Part shown: piece after piece, positions 50,801-64,000 of the stretch
How positions within the stretch are numbered: position 1 is the stretch's first letter
Layout of the letters: each line of letters begins with the position of its first letter
NCBI RefSeq assembly: GCF_006345805.1
Contig: NC_043012.1
Location: 27,838,001-27,902,000 of the forward strand
Length of the DNA stretch: 64,000 nt
Reading direction: 5' to 3'
Source of the DNA: Octopus sinensis
Lineage: Eukaryota
Notes under the pieces: generated by a model
What the model was told of the DNA's origin: nothing
Database searches by the model: none
Seen by the model: only the letters and a program-made list of their open reading frames with translations
Program-made: the position numbers and the translations under genes

Positions 50801-51847
50801 CCTTGCTGTTTTTGGTGGCGCTCTCTGACATGCCCTTGGTAGCACAAACAACATCCCTCACTAGCTATGCTGATGACACAAAGGTAGCACAGGCAATCAA
50901 AAACCCAGCTGATGCTGACCTTTTACAACAAGATCTGGATGCCATATACAATGGGCTGAAGACAACAACATGCAATTTAATGCTGGTAAATTTCAAGCCT
51001 TACAATATCAAGCTGTAACACATATACATTACAACACACTATACTGGTCCAGGAGGGATCAAAATCCCAGTATCGAAATCAATACGGGACCTGGGGATAG
51101 ACATGAGTGACGATGCATCTTTTTCTTCTTCACACATCGCGAAGGTGGCGACAATGTGCAGACGACTCACTGGCTGGATCCTGAGGACATTCCGGACAAG
51201 AGACTGCGAGACCATGTTGACACTATGGAGGACATTGTCCTAAGCCGCCTGGACTACTGCTCCACAACTGTGGTCACCGCATAGTGTCAAACTAACCACA
51301 GAGCTTGAGACACCAAAGACATTTCACCAGAGGATTTCCACCATGAAAGAAAAGAACTATGGGAGAGGCTTAGGGAACTCAATTTGTACTCCTTGGAACG
51401 AAGACGAGAGAGATATGCAGTGATATACATATGGAAAATCCTGGAGGGACTAGCACCAAATTTTGGAATTGAGAGCTGTTCCAATCCCCGTACAGGACGT
51501 CACTGTGTGGTGCCAAAGGTCCCGTCTTCCACATCCAGGGTAAGGAGCAGATACTGTAATAGCCTGGGGTTCAGGGGCCCTCAGCTTTTCAACAAACTGC
51601 CAAGAAAACTAAGAGATCTACATGATGCGGATGTGGACATTTTCAAAAAACATCTAGACAAGCTGCTTTCCGGGATCCCAGATGAACCCACTGCAAGATA
51701 CGAAGGTAACCTAAGGGCAGCAGCTACAAACTCTCTCTTAGATCAGTGGCCAGCCACGCAAACTGGACTTAGAGAGGGTAGCAACAAGGGCGGTGCCCCA
51801 GCATGGCCTCAGCCGGATGGCTGAAACAAATAAAAGAGTAAAAGAGT
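47896..51847 (+). mobile_element. Near full-length CR1-group LINE (ORF1 with CCCH-type zinc finger; ORF2 APE plus RT), disrupted
   Basis: ORF1 CKFFRNGTCWHGETGEGCRFAHP; APE LLNVRGL, LTETHL, RSDRKERTHGGVALYV, LSDHNLV; RT QHGFRPGRSCLTQLL, YLDFAKAFDKVDH, GVPQGTVLGPLLF, YADD; several stops and frameshifts. Confidence 0.92.
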
Positions 51848-51883
<36 letters not shown>

Positions 51884-51903
51884 TATATAATAATATATAT
51901 ATA

Positions 51904-51940
<37 letters not shown>

Positions 51941-52102
51941 CATATTACTATATAATATATATATATATATACTTTATTTTAAGCAGTCAGAAAATTTCAA
52001 CAAAATCTGTTACTCTGAGTTTATACCATATATACATTATATATATATATACATATTATATATACATATATACATATATATACATATATATATATATATA
52101 AC

Positions 52103-52167
<65 letters not shown>

Positions 52168-52250
52168 CATATATAATATATATATGTATATATATATATA
52201 CATAATATATATACATATATATATATGTACATATATATAATGTATATGTT
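51848..52250. repeat. (TA)n-rich microsatellite
   Basis: Direct inspection. Confidence 0.9.
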
Positions 52251-52676
52251 TATCCCCCCCTATTTTTGTACACACACGCACACACATACACACACCCACA
52301 TTTGCATATATATATACATTACACTTACACACACTTCAAATTTACTTGCCATACATACAACTACGCACACTGGACACACACACTCTACCACTCAACACAC
52401 ACACTGGCACGTTACATACGCCCCAACCCTTTCCCTCCTTCCTCCTTTTTTTACCACTGACCACTCACTGAACTTGCTATGTCAACTACTGTTCGCCCTA
52501 CTACACACACTTACATACAGATACACGCACTAACATATACATATTTTTTTGTTTTTTTATCTTATCTCGCCTCACACACACATACACAAACACACACTCA
52601 CACGCCACATACATACACATCATTTTTTGTTACCAACCTTCCTGTCTCCACTCTTTTGGCTTAAAACCTACTTTGC

Positions 52677-52776
52677 NNNNNNNNNNNNNNNNNNNNNNNN
52701 NNNNNNNNNNNNNNNNNNNNNNNNNNNNNNNNNNNNNNNNNNNNNNNNNNNNNNNNNNNNNNNNNNNNNNNNNNNN
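52677..52776. other. Assembly gap (100 N)
   Basis: Run of N. Confidence 1.
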
Positions 52777-55478
52777 GCCATGTAGGCAAGTTTGAAGACT
52801 GCCTTATAAAAATAGAAGAAGTTCTAATCACATTAGAACAACAATAAGTGTACTTCTCATGGGAGACTTCAATCACCCAATGTCAGATGGCCTGAGGGCC
52901 TTTCTCTTCCAGGAAAATGAGAGATGTGAACGAGGACAGGCAAGGTCCTCCTGAACCTCATCAACACCCTGTACATGGAGCAAGTAATACTCCAACCAAC
53001 CAGGCAGGTAACACACTGGATCTCTGCTTCACAAATAATATGGATCTCATCCATAATGTGAAAGTGACACCGACACTACTCTCGGATCACAACATGGTAG
53101 AGCTGACCATGTACGGGCCAAAAGAGAGCACGGACATGCAGCCTACAAGAAACCCTCAGATCTTTCCAGCTTGAACTACCATAAGGCAAACTGGAAACAA
53201 ATTGAGAAAGAGATCCTCAAACAAAACTGGCCTAAATGTCTCTCCTCGCCAGACATCGACGTGAAACTTCAACAATTCATGTCTGTAATGCAAGCCATAT
53301 GCTACAAATGTGTCCCAGAGAGAAAGGCCACTGTACACAAGAACAAAATCCCCAGAGAGAGGAAAATTTTAATGAGACGGCATACAAAAATTTCAAATCG
53401 CCTAAACAAACAAATTGAAAGCAGTGAAAAGTCCCGCCTGAAAATAAAACTGTTGGAAATTGAAAAATGTCTGCAACTCTCCCATGAAAAGGAAAGAGCA
53501 GACAAAGAAGCCTGGGCTATAGACAACATAAAAACTAACCCCAGAGCTTTCTACAGGTATGCCAAAGAAACAGCTACAGTGCACTGTAGGATAGGGCCAC
53601 TCCTTGAAAAGGATGGCACACTCACAGGAAAACCAATGAGGGTAAGTGAAATACTGAATGAGCAATTCAAGAGTGTTTTCACTCCACCCCTTGGGCTTTT
53701 CCAAATCAGCAATCCAACTGACTTCTTTACCACTGCAGATATAAAATCAGAGGCGGCGACGATAAATTACATCGATATAAAGGAAGACGATGTAATAAAG
53801 GCTATAGATGAAATGAAAACAGACTCAGCTATTGGCCCCGATGGATTCCGGCAATCCTCCTAAAAGTATGTAAGAGAGTCCTAGCAAGACCACTGCAGTT
53901 CCTCTTTCAGAGCTTCCTTGCAGCTGGCAAACTTCCAAGAAAAATGAAGGAAGGTAAAATATGCCCTATTCATAAAGGAGGTAGCAGAGCGGAGGCCAAG
54001 AACTACAGACCTATCTCTCTGACCTCACACATCAGCAAGGTCATGGAACGAATAGTCAGAAGGAAACTAATCACCTTCCTTGAAGAAAATGACTTGCTGC
54101 CTGACACCCAACATGGTTTCCGACCAGGAAGAAGCTGCTTAACTCAGCTCCTACACACTATGACTGGGTGCTGAAACAATGCTCAACCACTCAAATGTGG
54201 AAGTCATATATCTCGACTTTGCAAAGGCCTTTGATAAAGTCGATCATGGAATGATATGTCACAAACTGCGTGATCTTGGCATAGTTGGAAAACTGGGAGA
54301 ATGGCTTCATAACTTTCTGGAGAATAGAAGTCAGGTGGTAGCAGCCAATGGGGCCACTTCCATTAACACACAAATAGTGAGCGGTGTTCCGCAGGGCACT
54401 GTTTTGGGACCACTGCTGTTCATAATGGCCCTCTCAGACATGCCCTCAGCCACGCAGAGAGCCACGATCACAAGTTATGCAGATGATACAAAAGTTTCAC
54501 AGGCAATACAGAACCCTGAAGACACTAAGCACCTGCAATGTGAGCTGGACGAAATATACAAGTGGGCTGAAAAGAATAGCATGCAGTTCAATGCTGAAAA
54601 GTTTCAAGCTTTATACTATCAGCATGCAAAACTGAATGCAATACCCAATGAATACACTGGACCCGGAGGGATTGCAATCCCAGAGGCACAATCAGTGCGT
54701 GACCTGGGTATTCACATGAGTGATGACGCGACCTTTCATGTACATGTTGCTAAACTGACAATGAAATGTAGACGGCTGGCTGGATTGATTCACAGAACCT
54801 TTAGAACAAGAGAACAAGAAACCATGATGGTCCTCTGGAGGACACTTGTCCTAAGCCACTTTGACTATTGCTCTCAGTTATGGTCACCATCCAGTGTCAA
54901 GTTGATCACAGAACTTGAGGCGCTCCAATGAAGCTACACGAAGAAGATAGCCTCTGTGCAGCATATGAGCTACTGGGAAAGACTCAAGAGATTAAAGCTC
55001 TATTCCCTGGTGCGTAGGCGAGAAAGATATGCCGTAATATATATCTGGAAGATCCTGGAAGGTCTTATCCCAGACTTTGGCATCGAGAGTCACACAAATG
55101 CCAGAACCGGACGCCACTGCGTAGTACCAAGGACTCCAAATTTGCCATTAAGATGTAGGACAAGATATTGTGATAGCCTGGGCTTCAGAGGCCCACAGCT
55201 CTTCAATATCCTCCCGAAGAACCTGAGGGACCTACATGGTGTAGATGCGGATGTCTTTAAACTAGGACTGGATCTCTTCCTGTCAGGTGTCCCGGATGAA
55301 CCAACTTCGCGGCAGGAGGTGCAGATGAGGGCAGCTGCATCAAACTCTCTCATGCATCAGATGGCGTTTGCTAAAAAGCATCCGTGAGGTAAAATCGTGT
55401 AGCAAACCAAATGGCGGTGCCCCAGCATGGCCACAGCTCATTAGCTGAAACTGGAAAAATCAAAATCAAAATCAATCA

Positions 55479-55480
<2 letters not shown>
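52777..55480 (+). mobile_element. Second CR1-group LINE (related subfamily), ORF2 from end of APE to 3' UTR; 5' part lost in the gap
   Basis: GNTLDLCFTNN, LSDHNMV, KNYRPISLTSHISKVMERIV, YLDFAKAFDKVDH, GVPQGTVLGPLLF, YADDTK; stops and frameshifts present. Confidence 0.92.
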
Positions 55481-56745
<1,265 letters not shown>

Positions 56746-56849
56746 GACACTGCTGCTGTAACGTAAGTGAATAAGTAATTGTAATGGTAATAATGGTGGA
56801 GTTGACAGTAGTGGCAGAGAAAATGACTGTCTCTATATCTGCCACCCAG

Positions 56850-58080
56850 TGTTCAAGGAGGTTGAGGCTTGATCCAATTTGAAATCTCTTACAAAACTAC
56901 AATAACTGGACTGGCCAAATATCTTGAAACGTCTAACAATTGGATGTTAAAGGTTGTTTAAATCCACAAGAGTTGTAAGAAGCTTCATTCTGTCATAGGG
57001 AGCAAAAAATTTGCTAGTGAGTTCATGCATAATACCCAGGTCGAACAACATGATAGAAGTGCGGTAACTGTTGCAAAGAAGGTGAAATCAATAGCAAAGC
57101 AAAAAGCGTTTGAAAATTGGCTGATAGGTGGGAACAAAAACCTTTGCATGGCAAATATGTGGCCTGTAGCAAACAAGCTGATATAGACCAGAAGCACACC
57201 CATCAATAGCTACAGAGCTCAAGGCTAAAGGCAGAGAGTGAAAGCTTTATCTTAGCTGTTCAAGATCAGAGCTTATTGACCTGGAACTACCAGGCTAATG
57301 TGATGAAAAATGGAATAGACCCAAAGTGCTGATACTGCAACGATGAAACTGAGACAGTGAATCACCTAATCTCTGGGTGAAAGGTTTCAGTGCCAGTAGA
57401 GAACAAATCAAGACATGACAGAGTTGGCCAATATCTACACTGGATAAAATGTTGGCATCATAAAATCAAAACTGCTGACAAATGGTACAAGCACCACCCT
57501 GAGGCGGTAACTGAGGGAGAAAATGTAACAATTCTTTGGGACTTTCCAAGACATACAGAACAGATCATCAAACCAGATATTGTTGTGAAAGATCAAAACA
57601 ATAAAATTTATTTATTGATTGACATGAACCTTGTGATCATAATATCTCGGCAAAAGAATTTGACAAGTTCAGAAAATATAAAGATTTGCTGATTGAAATA
57701 AAAAAACGTAGCATCTCAAGATGGTTACAATACCAGTGATTGTAGGGGCACTTGGAACGATCAAAAAAGGATCTGAAATTTATTTGAGGATGATACTATG
57801 CTTACTACCCATGCAGGAAATGCAAAATATTGTTTTAACTGGTATGTCACACATATTGAGAAGAGCATTGTTGAAGTGAATTTTCTTTCCTTTTCCCTCT
57901 TTCCATTCTCTGTCTTTCTTCCCTTTCTTTCCCTTCACATGACTTTATAAACGAACGATGTGGTGTGTTTATTTTAATGGCCTACTAATGTATACAATGT
58001 GTTTCTTTACCCTAGGTGTTGGGAAGATACTTGGAAAGAAATGGAAACAAAATCGAAAGAAGATAATAATAATAATAATA
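56850..58080 (+). mobile_element. 5'-truncated Dong/R4-type LINE with (TAA)n tail
   Basis: WEQKPLHGKY, ILAVQDQSL, RHDRVGQYLHW, ILWDF...KPDIVV; TAA repeats at about 58064-58080. Confidence 0.8.
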
Positions 58081-58084
58081 AACT

Positions 58085-61000
58085 AAATCAGCAACCCCGC
58101 TAAACTTGATTGGTGAGGAGGGTGGATTTTTGAAACCCTTTGGGATTAAAAAGAAAACCTGGCAAAGGGTAGAGGAACTTAAAAAAGTTAATGGCCATTC
58201 TGAAAATGAGTGGACATAACTTGTGAGCCTTGGTTGGCAATCTGTCCAGAAGAAGGAATGCTCTGATTTAAAAACTGGGGTAGATAGGATTCCTTAATCA
58301 CAGAAGTGACAACCTGTTCCCTGACAGTCAAGTCCGGTTCCTTCACAAAACCAACAGATGTGTGAGAAAAGGCGAGTATCTGGTGCCAGTACTCTGGGTT
58401 GGCTGTACTTGTTAGCCTTGGGTGGCAAGCAGCCTAGGAGAAGGAACACTCCAAGCCCAAAACCAGGGGGAACAAAGACCCTGCCACCTTGGTGGACTAC
58501 CTTGATAGAAATGGTGTCTCAATAAAAAAATGGTTGGTAGTAACCTAAAAACACACCTCACTTGTGAGTGAAAATGCCAAGCAAAATAAATGATGATAAT
58601 GTTGTGAATGGGACTAGAACTAATGGTGAAGGTGCCACACCTGGCAGATGCCCACCTGTGCAGCAGGGTGGGCCCAGTTGTAATCCAACAACTGCTAGCC
58701 ATACTACATGACATATCCTTGTACTGGTCAGATTATGCAATGTGCTTGGAGATGCAAGTGGTCTGTTGATATGAACCAAAAGGTGATCCAGTGCCACGAA
58801 CAAGCCTTGCTAGACAAAAACAAAAGCAAATGTAAAACTGTTGGGAAAAGATCATTAGAACTTTGGAATCAGCTGGGTAGGTTCCAGATTACGGAAAATG
58901 GACTCATGAAATCAGATAAGAATAATTCGGAGTAGAGACTTTCTTAATGAGGCCCAGATTCAGACAATCAGGAAAAGCCTCTGTAGTGGTGATGATCTTA
59001 ACCAATTGTGGCCGTTGCCAGCCATCCCTGGCACATAAAAAGCACCAACCGATCGTGGCTGTTGCCAGCCTCCCCTGGCACCTGTGCTGGTGACACATAA
59101 AAAGCACCCACTACACTCACGGAGTGGTTGGCGTTAGGCAGGGCATCTAGCTGTAGAAACACTGCCAAATCAGACTGGAGCCTGGTGCAGCCTCCTGGCT
59201 TGCCAGACCCCGGTCGAACCGTCCAACCCATGCTAGCTTGGAAAACGGTCGTTAAATGATGATGATGATGATGATGAAAGATCAGCGAATGCATAGCCAA
59301 GGTGAAGTTGCAGTGAAGGAAAGGCCGACCAATCAATATAATGTAGAAAACCCTGAATTAAGAGAGGATATGACTGAGGAACAGAGAAACCTCAGGAAAA
59401 GACTTGAGAATATAAGAATTACAAGAACAGAGACCAAGCTGGTGAATCTAAAAAGCTTCAACCGTAACAATGGGAAACATGTGACCCAAAAAGTTGACGA
59501 GATTCTGAAATACATTCTGGCAAAAGATCTAATGGAAACAAGGGACTTTATTAGATCCGCTTCAATTTTAGTAGGTGAATTGGTTGGAAAGAAAGAGAGG
59601 TAAGTAGACAGACAGATGGAACCATAGTGGAAGCGGAGAATTTAAGGTGATATTCTAAGTTTGCGCAAAGATCTGAGCTGCATAGAAGAGTGGTCCAAAG
59701 GGCAATGGGAAAATGGAAAAGAAAATGCAAGGGTATACCTTGATTCGAAGTACCAAATAGAAAAGAATAGTTCAAAACTGCCATCAAAACCCTAAAACAG
59801 CATGTGCAGGCAAAAACATGATGTCCTATTGAGCTGTCTGCATCGTTGGAATGTAAACTGATAATATTCCTTTCTACTCCAGGCACAAGGCCCGAAACTT
59901 TGGGGAAGGGCGCCAGTTGACCAGATTGACCTCAGTACGCAACTGACACTCAACTTATTGCATGTCACAGTTCCAGCAAAACTGAACCAGAGGCAGTTTT
60001 TTTAAGGGTTTAGGAGGAAATACAGAAGATAATACACCTCTTGAAACAGAAGAAACTTGCCAATTTTGGAATAACATCTAGGAGAAAAAAGTTTCCCACA
60101 ACCACAGTGCTGAGTGGATTCATTCTGTGAGATCCAGATACCATCACCTGGAGGCTCCATGACCGGACCATGTGCACATGACAACGGAAGATGTCATTGC
60201 ACAGATATCAAAACTGCCAAACTGGAAAGTAGTAGGACCAGATGGAATTCAAGGCTACTGGCTCAAGTGGTTTAGGTCAATACACAAGAGAATTGTGTTG
60301 CAATTAGACAATTGCCTTACAGAGTGATGCACTTCTGGAGTGGATGGTAGGGGAAGAACGACATTGTTAATGAAAGATTGGTCAAAGGGCAATAAGGTTG
60401 GCAATTACTGACCCATCGCTTGTCTTAACCTCCTATGGAAAGTATTAACAGGTACCCTTGCAGGGAAAATATATACGTTCCTTGCAGAAAACAATCTACT
60501 GCCAGTAGAACAAAAGGGATGCTCAAAAGGATCCAAGGGCACCAAAGACCACCATGTGAAAGACAAGGTTATAATGAACTGTAAATGGTACCAAAAAAAC
60601 TTATGCATGGTCCGGATAGACTTCAAAAAGGTTTACAACATGTTGACATATTCATGGATTTTGGAAACACTCGACGTGTGTGTACTGATTGAGAACAGCA
60701 TGCCTAGTTGGAAAACATGTCTTTCCTGTAACAACCAGCAGTTAGCCAAGGTAACAATCAAAAGAGGTATCTTTCAAGAAGATTCTTGATCACCTCCGTT
60801 ATTTGTTCTAGCCTCGATCCCACTTTCTGTAGTCCTACGTAAAATCAACGTGCACTACAAGCTGAGAAAAAAATGGACCTCATCTCAACCACCTTCTCTT
60901 CATGGATGATTTAAAGCTGTTTGCCAAAACAGAGCCTGAAATGGAGAGACTGGTTGAGACTGTGAAAATGTGCAGCAAGGATATAGGGATGGAATTCGGT

Positions 61001-62451
61001 ATCTTGAAGTGTGCAGTGCTTACTTTGAAGCGGAGGAAAAGAGCGAATTGTAGGGGCATAGAATTGCCTAACGGAGAGAGAATGGAAGACCCAGATGATG
61101 ATGGGTACAAGTACCTTGGGATCCTGGAGCTGGACAATATTTTGCACAAAGAAATGAAAGATAAGGTCATCACTGCATATTTAAAGCGCCTTAAACTTCT
61201 CCTGAAATCAAAACTCAACTCAAGGAACCTTGTGACTGCCATCAGCATATGGCTGATTGCTGCAGTCCGCTATAGTGCAACTATCCTGAAATGGACACAA
61301 GCGGAGACTGACCAACTCAATCGCACTACCCAAAATAATAATGTATGGTGCCCTCCACCCTAAGGTAAATGTACACGGGATCTACATGAAGAGGGGTAAA
61401 GGTGGATGTGGCCTCATTAGAGTATGGAAATGCATCAACAATGAAAGAAGAAACATGGCGGAATATTTGGTAAACAGCAAAGAAGATCTGCTACAGTATG
61501 CTGCTAGTACAGAAGGAGTTAGAAAAAAATGGACTTGGAGTGCTCATGAATTCCGAACAAGAACAGCCAGCGAGAGAGAAGAAACCCTACTCTGTATGGA
61601 ATTACATGGTCAGTTCTACCGTGAAACCAACAAAGTAAAAGATCAAGAAGAATCATGGAAGTGGATCAACAAGGGTGACCTAAAAAAGAATACTGAAAGC
61701 CTTAGCATCACTGCCCAGGACCAGGCACTGAATACTAACTCAGTGAAAAAGAATATATACCAAACAGGTGCAATGGACCTCAGCAGAATGTGTGGAAAGA
61801 GGGTCGAAAGTGTGACTCACATTGATGGTGCTAGTGAAAGTTTTGCGCAGAGAGTACAAGCGTAGACACGACAAGGTAGCCCCAAATCTCCACTGGCTAC
61901 TATGCTGTAAGTATAGATATGAAGTTATGGGTACTTGTACTAGCATACACCAGAAGAGGTAATGGATGACAAGGGGAAAGCAAAAATCCTCTGGGACTTT
62001 GACTTTCAGACAGACAAGGTATTAGAGCACTGAAGGCCGGATATAGTAACCTTTTGGAGGGACAAACAAAAGTGCCTAATAATTGACGTGGCAGTGCAGG
62101 AGATCAACGTATCATCACGAAAGAAAGAGAAAAGGTTGATAAATATGGAGACCTGAGAATTGAGATTGCTAAGATGTGGCAACTACATGAATCAAACATA
62201 AAGGTTATCCCTATTGTCATTGGAGCATTGGGTTCAAAACCACCCAATCTGTAAAAAACCAGCTGGAAACCTTAGAAATACCCTACAATCTAGGTGTATT
62301 GCAAAAGTTGGCATTACTTGGAACTGCATGCATATTGCGTAAAGTACTGTCTGTCTGAGGTCCTTGTTGTGACTTGACAGACAGTACAACCCCTGAGTAG
62401 ACCCAATATCTTCAATCAACAACCTCCCGATATTGTATACTAAGCGATGTC

Positions 62452-62500
<49 letters not shown>
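58085..62500 (+). mobile_element. Near full-length Dong/R4-type LINE, disrupted, ending in (TAA)n; carries RTE-tail and SINE insertions
   Basis: KWSVDMNQKVIQC N-terminus; GPDGIQGYWLK, PIACLNLLWKVLTG, RGIFQEDS, MDDLKLFAK, YKYLGILE, TAQDQALNTN, ILWDFDFQTDK, PIVIGALG; 5' boundary uncertain (58085-58330). Confidence 0.85.
58999..59277 (+). mobile_element. RTE 3' UTR/tail inserted in the Dong element
   Basis: Two tandem units plus tail and (GAT)n; GATGAT also present at the 5' junction. Confidence 0.8.
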
Positions 62501-62502
<2 letters not shown>

Positions 62503-64000
62503 CATCATCATCATCATCTTCATCATTTAACGTCCGCTTTCCATGCTAGCATGGGTTGGACGGTTCAACTGGGGTCTGGGGAGCCCGAAAGCTGCACCAG
62601 TCCAGTCAGATCTGGCAGTGTTTCTACAGCTGGATGCCCTTCCTAACGCCAACCACTCCGAGAGTGTAGTGGGTGATTTTATGTGCCACCGACACAGGTG
62701 CCAGACGAGGCTGGCAAACGGCCACGCTCGGATGGTGTTTTTATGTGCCACCGACACAGGTGCCAGACGAGGCTGGCAGACGGCCACGCTCGGATGGTGT
62801 TTTTTATGTGCCACCGACACAGGTGCCAGACGAGGCTGGCAAACGGCCACGCTCGGATGGTGTTTTTATGTGCCACCGACATAGGTGCCAGACGAGGCTG
62901 GCAGACGGCCACGCTCGGATGGTGTTTTTATGTGCCACCGACACAGGTGCCAGATGAGGCTGGCAAACGGCCACGATCGGATGGTGCTTGTTACGTGCCC
63001 ACAGCACGGAGGCCAGTCGATGCGGTACTGGCTACAGCCACGTTCGGATGGTTTTCTTATGTGCCACGTGCCACCGGCACTGGTACCACAAAGATACAAA
63101 TTCCATTGATGTTCATCTATTTTGATTTGTTTTGATTTGATTTTCACTTGCCTCAACAGGTCTTCACAAGTGTCACAAGAAGGAAGGTATGCACAGGTGG
63201 ACTGACTACGTCCCAGGTAGGGGCCATGGGTTATGGCCTGACTAGTCTTGCCGGGTCTTCGGATGGTGTTTTTATGTGCCACCGACACAGGTGCTAGATG
63301 AGGCTGGCGAACGGCCACGATCGGATGGTGTTTGTCATGTGGCCACCGCACTGACTACGGCACTGATGGATTTCTTGTGTGCCACAGGCACTGGTACCAC
63401 AAGATACAAATTCCATTGATGTTCATCTATTTTGTCTATTTTGATTTGATTTGATTTTCACTTGCCTCAACCGGTCTTCACAAGTGTCACAAGAAGGAAG
63501 ATATGCACAGGTGGACTGACTAGTCTTGCCGGGTCTTTGGAAGGTGTTTTTATGTGCCACCGACACAGGTGCCAGATGAGGCTGGCGAACGGCCATGATC
63601 GGATGGTGTTTGTTACGTGCCCACAGCACGGAGGCCGGTCGATGCGGAACTGGCTACGGCCACGTTCGGATGGTTCTCTTGTGTGCCACCGGCACTGGTA
63701 CCACAAAGTGTGTGCCACCGGCACTGGTACCACAAAGATACAGATTCCATTGATGTTCATCTATTTTGATTTGTTTTGATTTGATTTTCACTTGCCTCAA
63801 CAGGTCTTCACAAGTGTCACAAGAAGGAAGGTATGCACAGGTGGACTGACTACGTCCCAGGTAGGGGCCATGGGTTATGGCCTGACTAGTCTTGCCGGGT
63901 CTTCGGATGGTGTTTTTATGTGCCACCGACACAGGTGCTAGATGAGGCTGGCGAACGGCCACGATCGGATGGTGTTTGTCATGTGCCCACAGCACGGAGG
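62503..64000 (-). repeat. Satellite-like array derived from the RTE 3' end: 62-bp units plus ~310-330-bp higher-order blocks
   Basis: Units start at 62683, 62745, 62808, 62870, 62932; blocks start near 63076, 63387, 63720; RTE tail at 62503-62680. Confidence 0.9.

Noticed and set aside
52250-52676. Unique CA-rich sequence beside the gap
   Set aside because: Low complexity at a contig end and possibly error-prone; nothing supportable.
62940-62970. Hammerhead core in the 62-bp unit (CAGATGAG...AAAC)
   Set aside because: No stems I or III; the sequence forms a simple GCCAG/CTGGC hairpin. Other CTGATGA sites checked (about 20170, 30755, 47993, 50868) also lack the stems.
62683-63000. CRISPR-like array
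   Set aside because: Units are contiguous tandem repeats with no unique spacers, no cas genes, and they derive from an RTE 3' UTR. The same applies to 4716-5040.

Overview
AT-rich eukaryotic DNA, most likely a coleoid cephalopod such as Octopus (inferred from the tRNA-headed SINE families, RTE/CR1/Dong LINEs and very long TA microsatellites). Two host genes are visible. (1) The last four coding exons of nucleoporin NUP205 on + (6641-14390), including a U12-type (GTATCCTTT) intron. (2) An unidentified fibronectin type III (FN3) domain gene on -, with three well-supported exons (31129 to 21514) and three candidate exons. The rest is dense, nested transposon relics: Penelope-like, Chapaev3-like, Helitron, piggyBac, mariner/Tc1, RTE, Dong/R4, CR1-type LINEs and SINEs, plus one 100-N gap. 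Best observations: a co-varying 3' stem-loop shared by two CR1-type LINEs and a SINE; an RTE 3' UTR built of hairpin units that has expanded into a higher-order satellite; a hammerhead-like fold in a perfect 43-bp inverted repeat; and the minor-spliceosome intron. No intact autonomous element and no prokaryotic system (CRISPR etc.) was found. I see no clearly new biological system, only candidates. Exon, TSD, TIR and gap coordinates were counted by hand; boundaries of degenerate repeats are approximate.
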